From Spirosoma soli (GTDB lineage Bacteria > Bacteroidota > Bacteroidia > Cytophagales > Spirosomataceae), in assembly GCF_042684525.1 (NCBI RefSeq), contig NZ_JBHULN010000028.1:985-64984 (forward strand): a stretch of DNA of 64,000 nucleotides, given 5' to 3'. The notes below the pieces were generated by a model. That model searched no databases and was not told the origin of the DNA. It worked only from the letters and a program-made list of their open reading frames with translations. This document shows, in pieces, positions 28,183 to 37,842 of this stretch (positions are counted from its first letter, which is position 1; each line of letters starts with the position of its first letter). The position numbers were made by a program, and so were the translations under genes.

Positions 28183-29259
28183 TTATTTTTTTAACTGATT
28201 GATTAGCGCGTTCACCTGGCTGATGGAGGTTGCCGGAAAGTTGGCAATCCGGATCTGAGTGGCTTTGTGCTTACCATACCCGCTACCAACCACCATACCA
28301 GCGGCTTTCGTGGCGGCAATGACGTCGGCGGATGGTTGTTCTGTATTCGCTACGATGACTGTTTGTGACCGGTGGCGCTCTTCCTTCACAAAAGCTTCGT
28401 AAGCACTAGACTCGTCTAAGAACTTATACAGCAGCCGTGCTTTCTCTTCGGTCTGCTTACGAATGGTGTCGATGCCAATTTTATTAAAATCTTCGGTAAT
28501 CTTTCCCAGCAGATAAATGTACAATACGTTTGGCGTAGCAGGTGTCTCAAACGTATCGTAGTGCTTCCAAAGCGTCGGCAGCGTGTGATGGGCGCCAATG
28601 GTGAGCGAATCGTATTTCTGCAAACGCTCCGCTTTTTCCAGACAAGCCTTACTCGCAATCCATACGCCTAAGCCTGCGGGCATGCCAAACGCTTTCTGCA
28701 CCGAAAAAAACGCGGAATCGATCAGGCTGAAGTCTAAATCCGGATAAGGGGCCGAGGAGACCATATCGACGCAAAACAGCTTCTTAGGGTATTTGCGCTT
28801 TAGTTTATGCATCTCAACCGGCCGCATTTGTACCCCCGATGAGGTCTCATTGTGCGTTAAGCAAACTAGTTCAGCATATTCCGGCACATCAATCTCTGCC
28901 AGGTCGAACCCTTCGCCGAAAGGCTTCTCAAACAGGTGAGCGAACTTGTGGAGCGAGTTTGCGTAATCGTAGAATTTTCGGGAAAACGAACCATTCACTA
29001 GGTGAAAGCTCTCGTGCTCGACGCAATTGAACAGTACGCGTTCCCAAACCTCCGAAGCCGAACCCGTGAAAAAGATACCGTGCGAAGCCGGAATATTCAG
29101 CAGAATACGGAGTTGCTCGTCAGTGTGCCGGTATATACTCCGAAACTTTTCACTACGGTGCGAGATTGAACCAATCTGGTCATCGAGCGCCGTTTGCAGA
29201 TGCTGATAGAATGTTGGATAAAGTTCGGCTGGGCCGGGCGTAAAGTAGGTTTGTTTCAT
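28183..29259 (-). CDS. serC: Phosphoserine aminotransferase (class V aminotransferase, short Bacteroidota type).
   Basis: N-terminal YFTPGPAELYPTF. About 355 aa. Adjacent to the serA/serB fusion. Confidence 0.75.
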   Translation of the reverse strand: MKQTYFTPGPAELYPTFYQHLQTALDDQIGSISHRSEKFRSIYRHTDEQLRILLNIPASHGIFFTGSASEVWERVLFNCVEHESFHLVNGSFSRKFYDYANSLHKFAHLFEKPFGEGFDLAEIDVPEYAELVCLTHNETSSGVQMRPVEMHKLKRKYPKKLFCVDMVSSAPYPDLDFSLIDSAFFSVQKAFGMPAGLGVWIASKACLEKAERLQKYDSLTIGAHHTLPTLWKHYDTFETPATPNVLYIYLLGKITEDFNKIGIDTIRKQTEEKARLLYKFLDESSAYEAFVKEERHRSQTVIVANTEQPSADVIAATKAAGMVVGSGYGKHKATQIRIANFPATSISQVNALINQLKK

Positions 29260-29265
29260 AGAGAG

Positions 29266-29322
29266 CGAAAGAGTGAATGAGCGAAAGAATGAGTATGCAG
29301 CTAACCACTCATTCGCTCATTC
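29266..29322. repeat. 17-bp perfect-stem hairpin between serC and serB-serA.
   Basis: aagagtgaatgagcgaa ...23 nt... ttcgctcattcactctt. Confidence 0.7.
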
Positions 29323-29327
29323 ACTCT

Positions 29328-31238
29328 TTAGTAAAGTAGTCTAAACTTAATGGTCTGATCAATGCCCTTTAGCTCTTCTACTACCTCATCGGCATATTCT
29401 TTAGCCACGTCGGTAATCACGTAGCCAATCTGCTCATTTGTTTTGAGGTACTGGCCATGGATATTGATATGATACTTGGCAAAAATATTGTTCATCTTCG
29501 CCAGAATACCGGGCACATTGGCATGAATGTGCAGTAAGCGGTGAGAGTTTTTCAACAGCGGCAACTGCAACTCCGGGAAATTTACGCTACCATACGTACT
29601 GCCGTTGTTGATGTATTCGAGCAGTTTGCCGGGCACGAAGTTGCCAATGTTTTCCTGGGCTTCTTCGGTGCTACCACCAATATGGGGCGTCAGGATCACG
29701 TTTGGCAAATTGCGCAGTGCATTGATAAATTCTTCGTTATTGGTCTTCGGCTCCTGCGGGAATACATCCACACCCGCACCCGCAACTTTCCCCCGCTCAA
29801 TGGCGTCGACCAGAGCTGGAATATCGACAATGTGGCCGCGCGACAGGTTTAGGAAGATGACGCCGTTTTTCATCAACGCAAACTCACGGTAGCTGATGAG
29901 GTTTTTGTTTTCTTTGCGACCGTCGGTATGCAAGCTGATGATATCGGCAATAGCCAACAGCTCGTCCAAGGTTTTGCACTTACGAGCGTTACCGAGCGCG
30001 AGCTTATCAACGGCGTCGTAGAAGTAAACTTCCATGCCCAACGCTTCGGCCACTACTGAGAGTTGGGTACCAATGTTGCCGTAGCCAACTAACCCCAGTT
30101 TCTTACCCCGGACTTCAAAACTGTTTTTGGCCGACTTATCCCATACGCCCTTGTGCATCGAATTGCTCTTCGGGACGATATTTCGAATGAGCATGATGAT
30201 TTCACCAATCGCTAGTTCAACCACCGAACGCGTGTTGCTGTACGGCGCGTTGAAAACAGCAATGCCTCGCTCGGTGCAGGCCGTAAGGTCGATTTGGTTG
30301 GTGCCGATGCAGAACGCACCAATCGACATGAGTTTATTAGCGTGTTCGAGTACTCGCCGTGTCACGGTTGTTTTCGACCGGATACCCAGGATCGATACGT
30401 CGCGAATGGCTTCAATAAGCTCGTCCTCATCCAGCGCTCCCTTACGGATCTCGACGTTAAAGCCTTCCTGCTCAAACAGTTGTAGGGCTACTGGGTGTAC
30501 GTTCTCCAGCAGAAGCACTTTGATTCGGCTTTTGGGGTACGACTGACTACGGTTCAAGTGGTTATGGTATAAAAATTCGTCGAGGGATGGCGCTACGTGA
30601 TCGGCTTTCTCAACCACACGGGGGCGCAGTACGTTTTCGGTAAAGGCGTAGAACCGATTGGCTAGTCCCGATGCCCGGATCTCGTAGTCCGTATAGCCAT
30701 CGCCAATGACGTACACTTCGCCGTCCAGGTTAAGATTACGAATTACCTGCGATTTGCCCCCATTGGCCGACAGGGGATTTTCGGCGTCAAAACCAACAAT
30801 GGCTCCGGTTTCGTCGTACACGAACGTATTCGCAAAGACGTTCTCTGCCCGAACACCTAAAGAAGTAACAATCGGAACAATGAACTCTTTAAAGCCATTT
30901 GATACGATGTAGATATGGTCGGCATTCTCGGAGAGAAACTGCTTGTTGCGCTGAAACGAATCCGAGATTTTACCCATTAGCGTTTCAATAAGCGCAGGCA
31001 GATGATCGCGGTGAGCCTTCAATAAATTGAGCCGCAAGTCGAGCGATTCAGTAAATGAAATTTCGCCCGACATACCTCGATCTGTAATAGCCTTAATTTG
31101 ATCCAGTACGTCGTCGCGGTCGGGGCGGCCAATGAGTGAGATTTCACCCAGCACGTCGAGCGCTTCCACTTTGGTGAACGTGCTGTCGAAATCAATGATG
31201 TAAAACGTGTGTTCGGCAGTTGGTGATTTGGTGAGCAT
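29328..31238 (-). CDS. serA: Bifunctional phosphoserine phosphatase (HAD, N-terminal) / D-3-phosphoglycerate dehydrogenase with C-terminal ACT domain.
   Basis: N-terminal DFDST (DxDxT HAD motif), SNG and GDGYTD HAD motifs. Then a 2-hydroxyacid dehydrogenase Rossmann motif GLVGYGNIGTQ. C-terminal ACT-like about 70 aa. 636 aa. Confidence 0.8.
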   Translation of the reverse strand: MLTKSPTAEHTFYIIDFDSTFTKVEALDVLGEISLIGRPDRDDVLDQIKAITDRGMSGEISFTESLDLRLNLLKAHRDHLPALIETLMGKISDSFQRNKQFLSENADHIYIVSNGFKEFIVPIVTSLGVRAENVFANTFVYDETGAIVGFDAENPLSANGGKSQVIRNLNLDGEVYVIGDGYTDYEIRASGLANRFYAFTENVLRPRVVEKADHVAPSLDEFLYHNHLNRSQSYPKSRIKVLLLENVHPVALQLFEQEGFNVEIRKGALDEDELIEAIRDVSILGIRSKTTVTRRVLEHANKLMSIGAFCIGTNQIDLTACTERGIAVFNAPYSNTRSVVELAIGEIIMLIRNIVPKSNSMHKGVWDKSAKNSFEVRGKKLGLVGYGNIGTQLSVVAEALGMEVYFYDAVDKLALGNARKCKTLDELLAIADIISLHTDGRKENKNLISYREFALMKNGVIFLNLSRGHIVDIPALVDAIERGKVAGAGVDVFPQEPKTNNEEFINALRNLPNVILTPHIGGSTEEAQENIGNFVPGKLLEYINNGSTYGSVNFPELQLPLLKNSHRLLHIHANVPGILAKMNNIFAKYHINIHGQYLKTNEQIGYVITDVAKEYADEVVEELKGIDQTIKFRLLY

Positions 31239-31303
31239 AGTAGAAGCCCCGAATTAAGGTCTGGAGCAATTAATAGTTGATTCGTTAAACAAATTGCCGC
31301 GGA

Positions 31304-32368
31304 CTAATCAAGAGGTGGCGATGTTAAAAAGTCGACCGCCCTTTCTTCTGACCAGTACGTGCCATGAATGCCTCCTGTTCGGGAGGGGAATCCGCAGTGT
31401 CCACCTTGTTCCGGAAACTCCATCCAGATATGGGGTAGTTCCCGCGCTAATTTTTCCGGGAAACACTCGGGCGATAGAAACGGGTCGTTTTTCGCGTTTA
31501 CAATCAGCGTTGGTATGACAATGTTGGGGATAAATTGGAGCGAACTGCTACGCGTGTAGTAGTCAGTAACATCACGAAAGCCGTTTTGTGGCGCCGTAAA
31601 TAAGTTGTCAAACTCGCGTACGCTACGTGCTTTTTTTACGGTCGCTGTCGGAAAAACACCTGGCATGACTTCAGCCTTTTGCAACACCTTTCGTTTAAGG
31701 GTTCGGTTAAATCGGTAATTGTATACCAGGCTATCCCACTGTTCAAGCCGTCGGGCCGAGCCCATCAAATCGAGCGGTACCGAGAACACGACCGCTTTTT
31801 TAATGGCTGTATTCAGATTCGATCCTTGCTCGCCTAAATACTTCAGCGTGACGCTGCCGCCTGCGCTGAAGCCCATTACGTAAACAGTTTGATAGCCCTT
31901 CGAGAGCGCGTAGTTCGTGATGAAGTGTAAATCACCCGTTTCGCCAATGTGATAAAACCGTTGCTGGCGGTTCAGCTCGCCACTGCACGATCGGTAATGC
32001 CAGGCCAAACAGTCAAATCCGCTTTCGGTAAGGTGCTTTACCATGCCCGCTAAGTACTGACTGGTTGAACTACCTTCTAAACCGTGCGAAAGAATAACCA
32101 AACAGTGATCAGTGGGCAACGAACAGCCAGCAGTTAATGACAGCTCATTGTTAGCTGTTGGCTGATGACTGTTTACTGCATACGCCCAATCCAGGTCCAG
32201 AAAATCATCATCAGCTGTTTCGATCCGTTCGCGGACGTATGGAACCGTAACCTTGCGGAACAGCGAAGGAATGATGGTTTGCAGGTGCCCGTTCCATAAG
32301 CGGGCGGGCGGCTGGTAATTGGACGAAGCAATCAGCGGCATTACAGGGCGCGGGTGATTGAGCCGCAA
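31304..32368 (-). CDS. YheT-type alpha/beta-fold hydrolase.
   Basis: LSHGLEGSS..., nucleophile elbow GFSAGG, about 340 aa. Confidence 0.7.
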   Translation of the reverse strand: MRLNHPRPVMPLIASSNYQPPARLWNGHLQTIIPSLFRKVTVPYVRERIETADDDFLDLDWAYAVNSHQPTANNELSLTAGCSLPTDHCLVILSHGLEGSSTSQYLAGMVKHLTESGFDCLAWHYRSCSGELNRQQRFYHIGETGDLHFITNYALSKGYQTVYVMGFSAGGSVTLKYLGEQGSNLNTAIKKAVVFSVPLDLMGSARRLEQWDSLVYNYRFNRTLKRKVLQKAEVMPGVFPTATVKKARSVREFDNLFTAPQNGFRDVTDYYTRSSSLQFIPNIVIPTLIVNAKNDPFLSPECFPEKLARELPHIWMEFPEQGGHCGFPSRTGGIHGTYWSEERAVDFLTSPPLD

Positions 32369-32450
32369 AGGTAAGGGTTCTTACTTGCTTTTATGAAATA
32401 GGTGCCTGATAAACCCTAAAAATCATAGTTTTGCCCATAAACTTACCACC

Positions 32451-32930
32451 GTGCTTACATTCAATGAATTTGGGCTACTGACACCGGCCCAAGGTTTTAC
32501 CGTTACCTTGAATAATCTGTATGATGAATTTGTTAGACCGTTTCCAGCCTCTGAAACCCGTGAGAACTTATTTCGGGAGTGGGCAAAATACAACCAGATG
32601 TTGCGACAGGAAATCGGCGTTGAATTTACCCAATGGGTCAATGGCAGCTTCGTAACAAAGAAGCTTAATCCTAAGGACGTAGACGTTGTTAGCTTTATTC
32701 CGTCGCATCTTTCCCGTAATTTTAAAAAGCGGCTGGATTATTACTGGTCAGACAGTTGGGAACGGGAGGGTATAGATGCGTATCTGGTGGAGATATTTCC
32801 AGATGATGATTATAGATACCCTGACTTTAGAGTTGCCCTTACCAAGTGGTATCAGTTATATACGAGAACCAAGGCGTCTGGCACACCACCTGACGCCCTC
32901 AAAGGATTCTTAATCATCAATATATCATGA
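32451..32930 (+). CDS. Minimal nucleotidyltransferase (Pol-beta superfamily)-like protein.
   Basis: hGS-x10-DVDVV signature (VNGSFVTKKLNPKDVDVV). 159 aa. Stop overlaps the next ATG (ATGA). Confidence 0.45.
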   Translation: MLTFNEFGLLTPAQGFTVTLNNLYDEFVRPFPASETRENLFREWAKYNQMLRQEIGVEFTQWVNGSFVTKKLNPKDVDVVSFIPSHLSRNFKKRLDYYWSDSWEREGIDAYLVEIFPDDDYRYPDFRVALTKWYQLYTRTKASGTPPDALKGFLIINIS

Positions 32931-33139
32931 ATGAACAGCAGTACGCCCAAGCTTTAAGTCGACATTTAGATATGATTGCGGGCTTCAAGCAATGTATCAA
33001 TGTAGAGCGAACCCATGGCACCGACTTAGGCGTGAGACAGTACGAACATCTAGTGCGTAAACTTTTTGTCGAACTGGACGAGCTAATGACAATGGCACCT
33101 GGAAAGCTCAAACACGAAGTAGTTATTCATCACGAATAA
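32927..33139 (+). CDS. Small alpha-helical protein (70 aa), translationally coupled to the upstream NTase-like gene.
   Basis: 4-bp ATGA overlap. No recognisable domain. Confidence 0.35.
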   Translation: MNEQQYAQALSRHLDMIAGFKQCINVERTHGTDLGVRQYEHLVRKLFVELDELMTMAPGKLKHEVVIHHE

Positions 33140-33182
33140 GGCGAATGGTTATCCTGTCTACGAGAGCCATTCGCCTTATGCA

Positions 33183-35003
33183 CTACAACGCCAGTTCTTT
33201 CTCGGACACAATCGTCAGGACTTCAGTGTCTTTGAGTCGTACGGCTAAGCCAAGTGTTTTGGGGACTTCGTAATGGTAAAAGAACTTCATTGTGTGAATC
33301 TTGCCTTCGTAGAATGCCAGATCATCACCTTGCGGGTTTTGGGTTAGTAGGGTCTGTTTCGCCACAAGAGCCTGCTTTAGCCACTGCCAGGCTACCACCA
33401 CAATGCCAAACATCTCCAGGAACAGGGTAGCATCCGCGAGGTAGCGTTCAGTATCGCCTTTCATGGCGTGCGGCATCAGGCTCATTACTACGTCCTGCGT
33501 CCGCTTCAATTCTTCACCAAGCTGATCTGCATATGGTTTCAGATCGTCAAACGTACTGGCTTCGGTAATGGCTCTACTAATCTCAGCGAAGAGCAATTGC
33601 GGAGCTTTGCCGCCCTTCATGGTCATTTTCCGGCCTAACAGATCCTGCGCCTGAATGCCTGTTGTACCTTCGTAAATAGGGGTAATGCGAATGTCACGGT
33701 AGAGTTGCTCAACCGGGAAATCCTCCGTAAAGCCGTAACCGCCAAACGTCTGCACACTTTGACTCACGGACTGTACGCCCATCTCAGATGGGTACGACTT
33801 AGCCACCGGCATCAGCAAGTCCAGTAGCAGAAAGGCGTTTTCTTTTTCTTCTCCTTCGGCAACGCGGCTAATGTCATAGAGTCGAGCCGCTTCGATCAGT
33901 AGTGACAAAGAACCCTCCGTGATGGCTTTCTGGAACAGCAACATCCGCCGAACATCGGGGTGATTGATGATGGGCGTTTGTGGAGCATCCAGCAGGTTCT
34001 TCTCGTTTAATCGGCGGCTTTGCGGACGTTCTTTAGCATATTGCAGCGCTGAGTAATAAGCCGCCGTAGCAATTGCAGCCGCCGTCATGCCCACGCCAAT
34101 CCGAGCTTCGTTCATCATTTGGAACATATACGAAAGGCCCTTATTAGGCTCTCCGACCAGGTAACCGATGGTGTTGTCGTCTGAACCCATGGTCAGGTGC
34201 AGAGCTGGAACGCCCTTCTGACCTAATTTGTGGTATATACCCGTTGATTGAACGTCATTATCAATAAAGGAACTATGGTTACTCACACCGTCAACAGCCG
34301 GGCGGTATTTAGGAACAACAAACAACGAAATACCTTTTGTGCCCTTGGGAGCACCGTCAATACGGGCTAGCATTAAGTGAATGATGTTATCGGCAGCGTC
34401 GTGGTCACCCGCCGAAATAAACACCTTTTGTCCCTTTATTTTATAAGTGCCGTCGGGTAGAGGTGTCGCTGACGTTGTTACATCTGAGAGCGACGACCCT
34501 GCTTGTGGCTCTGTCAGCGCCATGGTGCCCTGCCAGTTACCGGCAAGCATATTAGGCACATAGAATTCGTTTAGTTCGGGCGATCCAAATGAAGTGATGA
34601 GGTGGGCCGCTCCTGTTGACAAGCCCGTGTACATCATCCCGTTGTTGGCTGCCATGAGAATAAAACCAACGCACGAGCTGATCATCTGGGGTAATTGCTG
34701 GCCACCCTGGTCAAAAGAGAAACCCGCACCGATGAGCCCGGCTTCGCCCATCGCCTTCATAAACTCCTTTACTTTAGGATGAACCGTAACCTGTCCGTTC
34801 GTAAGCTCAGGTTGATTTTTATCTACCTCCTTCAGATAGGGGTGTATAAGCGTATCGGCAATGTAAGTTGCCGAGTCCAGAACAAGATTGAATGTTTCGC
34901 GGTCGTGGGCGCTGAAATAATCATACTTGGTTAGCTCTTCTGCTTTGAACACTTCATGGAGCAGAAAATGCAGATTACGCTTGCTGAAATAAGTCGTTGC
35001 CAT
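33183..35003 (-). CDS. Large acyl-CoA dehydrogenase (FadE/AidB-like, about 600 aa).
   Basis: ACAD middle and C-terminal motifs (GSSLSDV, YEGTTGIQAQDLLGRK). 606 aa. Confidence 0.75.
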   Translation of the reverse strand: MATTYFSKRNLHFLLHEVFKAEELTKYDYFSAHDRETFNLVLDSATYIADTLIHPYLKEVDKNQPELTNGQVTVHPKVKEFMKAMGEAGLIGAGFSFDQGGQQLPQMISSCVGFILMAANNGMMYTGLSTGAAHLITSFGSPELNEFYVPNMLAGNWQGTMALTEPQAGSSLSDVTTSATPLPDGTYKIKGQKVFISAGDHDAADNIIHLMLARIDGAPKGTKGISLFVVPKYRPAVDGVSNHSSFIDNDVQSTGIYHKLGQKGVPALHLTMGSDDNTIGYLVGEPNKGLSYMFQMMNEARIGVGMTAAAIATAAYYSALQYAKERPQSRRLNEKNLLDAPQTPIINHPDVRRMLLFQKAITEGSLSLLIEAARLYDISRVAEGEEKENAFLLLDLLMPVAKSYPSEMGVQSVSQSVQTFGGYGFTEDFPVEQLYRDIRITPIYEGTTGIQAQDLLGRKMTMKGGKAPQLLFAEISRAITEASTFDDLKPYADQLGEELKRTQDVVMSLMPHAMKGDTERYLADATLFLEMFGIVVVAWQWLKQALVAKQTLLTQNPQGDDLAFYEGKIHTMKFFYHYEVPKTLGLAVRLKDTEVLTIVSEKELAL

Positions 35004-35159
35004 TAGATACAGGCTGAATGGAGAAATTAGTATGCGTGCATACTGTTATATGCGTAAAAATACCAGGTTTTGGAATAATGTTTATATTGTTCTGTTAAAA
35101 CTATCGTTTACTTTGCGTCGTATACGACTATAAAATCATACAAACCAACAGTTTTACAC

Positions 35160-35702
35160 ATGAAAAATTTAATCGCAGTTTTCATTTTCCTATTTGGGAT
35201 GGTGTCAGTGATACAGGCCCAGGATAAGAAGCCGCCGATGAGCCCGCGCGTTACTGCAGAAAGCCCTGACAAAAACATCAAAGTAGTGTATGGACAACCA
35301 TCTAAACGTGGACGGGTAATCTTTGGCGACAATGGGCTTGAAAAATACGGCAAGGTTTGGCGGACAGGCGCTAACGAAGCAACCGAAGTGACGTTTAAAA
35401 ACGATGTTATGTTTGGCGGAAAAATGGTGAAAGCCGGTACCTATACGCTATACACTATTCCTGGTGAAAAAGAGTGGAGTGTATTGTTAAACAGTACACT
35501 GGGTCAGTGGGGAGCCTACGATTACGAAAAAATTAAAGGAAGCGACGTAGCTATGGTGAAAGTCCCTGTGTCGTCGAATAAAACGCCTATTGAAAAGCTA
35601 ACTATTACCCCAGCAAACAACAGCATTGCTATTGCCTGGGATAACATGACCGTGTCTGTACCCGTCATGAAGCATGGTCAGGGAAGCGGGTCTGGAAACT
35701 AA
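35160..35702 (+). CDS. DUF2911-family secreted protein.
   Basis: Signal peptide. ...WRTGANEATEVTF... pattern as recalled for DUF2911. Terminator at 35735-35775. Confidence 0.5.
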   Translation: MKNLIAVFIFLFGMVSVIQAQDKKPPMSPRVTAESPDKNIKVVYGQPSKRGRVIFGDNGLEKYGKVWRTGANEATEVTFKNDVMFGGKMVKAGTYTLYTIPGEKEWSVLLNSTLGQWGAYDYEKIKGSDVAMVKVPVSSNKTPIEKLTITPANNSIAIAWDNMTVSVPVMKHGQGSGSGN

Positions 35703-35958
35703 GGTGAGAGATTAAATTTATTAAACGTATCCCTAAACAAGCTCGGCTAGAATAGTCGAGCTTGTTTGTTTATAAGCCTCTGTACGTCAGTGCGTTATTT
35801 TAAGTCATTTTGTGCTATGAAGCGTTTTTTCTCTAATTAAATTCTAATTTGTGTAGCAACAATAAATAAAACGGTCTGATAGTTGATTAAAATAAATATA
35901 AGTGATTAACAAACAACAGTTTATCGCGTTATTTGCGTAATTGTTAACTGACGGCCCC

Positions 35959-36834
35959 ATGATAAAACGCTACTTACTGTATATACTACTCGGCTTAGTC
36001 GTGCTGCCAGCCTGTGGGCAAGGTGTTGCCGATTATTACCGGCTCCCCGATCGTAGTCGGCAATACAGTCGGCTACTAACGCGTTATGGCGGACCTTACA
36101 TTCGAGACCGTTGGTACATAGCCCTTGACGGCTTCCTGCGGACAGATCGGGCGCACCTCGATAATTCGTTTAATGGGTTAATTGAGAGCGATCGGGTAGC
36201 GAAGTTTGGAGGTAGTGTAGTGATTGGCTGGGCTTACCGCGAACGATGGATGGTTGAGGCTGGCTACGCCCGCATGCCTCTCCACTCACAGGTATCGGTT
36301 AGCAACGCGAACTCGCCTTTGGTGTTTCGCTACACAAACGACCGAAATGCACTTATCATACGAGGTAAACGATTAATACTGTCAACCAGTGGCCCATGGT
36401 TACGTTCGGGATTCTGGCTAAGCGGTGGGGTAGGACTTGTGCCTAACAATGGGCAACAGGAAGGCCGTTTTTCTCTGATTGGCTACCGATATCATGGACG
36501 GGGTGAAACGCCTGATACGCTACGTTTGATTAGCTCTACCCAAACAAACTCCCGCGCCACCATTTTGGCCGAACTAGGAGCAGAATATAACGTTCGATTA
36601 AGCAACAATTTCGATCTGGGTTTTTCTGCCCGAAAATTTTGGGGCTTAGGTAATTCATTAACTACAGACGTTACGTATTCCGTCAATCGTAAGGTGGTGG
36701 AGCAGGCTCAATTGCAGGGCTCCGGAACGGGCATGAGCTATGGCGTAACGCTACGGTATACATATGCCATGCGCCGTAACTTATCAAATGTGCTCGAATT
36801 AAACGGTAAGCATCGTAACGGGCAGCGTCTTTAA
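35959..36834 (+). CDS. Secreted/outer-membrane hypothetical protein.
   Basis: Signal peptide MIKRYLLYILLGLVVLPACG. Beta-strand-rich. Confidence 0.45.
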   Translation: MIKRYLLYILLGLVVLPACGQGVADYYRLPDRSRQYSRLLTRYGGPYIRDRWYIALDGFLRTDRAHLDNSFNGLIESDRVAKFGGSVVIGWAYRERWMVEAGYARMPLHSQVSVSNANSPLVFRYTNDRNALIIRGKRLILSTSGPWLRSGFWLSGGVGLVPNNGQQEGRFSLIGYRYHGRGETPDTLRLISSTQTNSRATILAELGAEYNVRLSNNFDLGFSARKFWGLGNSLTTDVTYSVNRKVVEQAQLQGSGTGMSYGVTLRYTYAMRRNLSNVLELNGKHRNGQRL

Positions 36835-36838
36835 ATCG

Positions 36839-37726
36839 CTAAGGTTGCCAGGCACCCCGGTAATCCTCCACAAATGTTCGGAACGTAATGGGAGGGCGTT
36901 GTAAAAGCTGTTCTGTTTCGTTCGTGAGTCCAGCCGCTTTCCCTAACTTTGATACGGTGTAAAGGGCAACCATAATCATGGTAAAAGCAAGGGGAGTATG
37001 GTCTTTGTGCCATTTCTGCCAGATAAATCGTACAATAGACGGGTCACGATACGTAATCTTCCGACCCAGCACTTCGCTCATGATCTGAGCCACTTCGCCG
37101 TAAGTCAAAGCCTCTGAGCCGGTTAACTCGTAGCCTCGGTTTAAGTGCTCTCCTCGCTGACTTGTAAGAGCAAGCGCGGCAACAGCGGCAACGTCCCGAA
37201 CATCCACAAAACTAGTACGACCGTTACCGGCTGGCACAAAGATTTCGCTTCTGAGCCGAATCTCATCCTGGTGGGTTGTGCTTAAATTTTGCATAAAGAA
37301 ACTAGGACGCAGGAATGTAAACGGTACTCCCGACTCGACAATCAGCTTTTCAATTTTGTGATGTGGAGTTACAGGATTGCTTTCTACGCCTTGTAGCGAA
37401 AGAAAAACTACGTGCTGTACACCTGCCTGTTTCATGGCCTCTATGAACGGCCTGAAAAATTTATCAACGTCGGCCAATTGAGGAGGACGTACCAGCAGCA
37501 CGCGGTTGATATTCGCCAGAGCCGGAGCGGAGGTATCCGGCTTGGTAAAATCAAGCGTAATTAAACTATCAGGTTGTACGCCCTTATTTATTTTCCATTC
37601 GGCCGGTGCGCGAACGCCTGCTATTACCTCAAATTTACTTTTGTCGGGATGTCTCATTAACTCGCGCAGAGCCTCCAAACCAACGTTGCCGCTGGCACCC
37701 GTAATCATGATACGTTCTGATGCCAC
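36839..37726 (-). CDS. NmrA-like / atypical SDR NAD(P)-binding protein.
   Basis: N-terminal IMITGASGNVG Rossmann motif. About 290 aa. Confidence 0.7.
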   Translation of the reverse strand: MASERIMITGASGNVGLEALRELMRHPDKSKFEVIAGVRAPAEWKINKGVQPDSLITLDFTKPDTSAPALANINRVLLVRPPQLADVDKFFRPFIEAMKQAGVQHVVFLSLQGVESNPVTPHHKIEKLIVESGVPFTFLRPSFFMQNLSTTHQDEIRLRSEIFVPAGNGRTSFVDVRDVAAVAALALTSQRGEHLNRGYELTGSEALTYGEVAQIMSEVLGRKITYRDPSIVRFIWQKWHKDHTPLAFTMIMVALYTVSKLGKAAGLTNETEQLLQRPPITFRTFVEDYRGAWQP

Positions 37727-37842
37727 GTTTACAATAGGATTTATAGATTTAATAAGGATAAAATAGCTATTTTACCTTTTTACAATCAGGACCAGGGTGC
37801 ACTACCTCATGAAATGACAGTATAACTAAATCTAGAATATGC

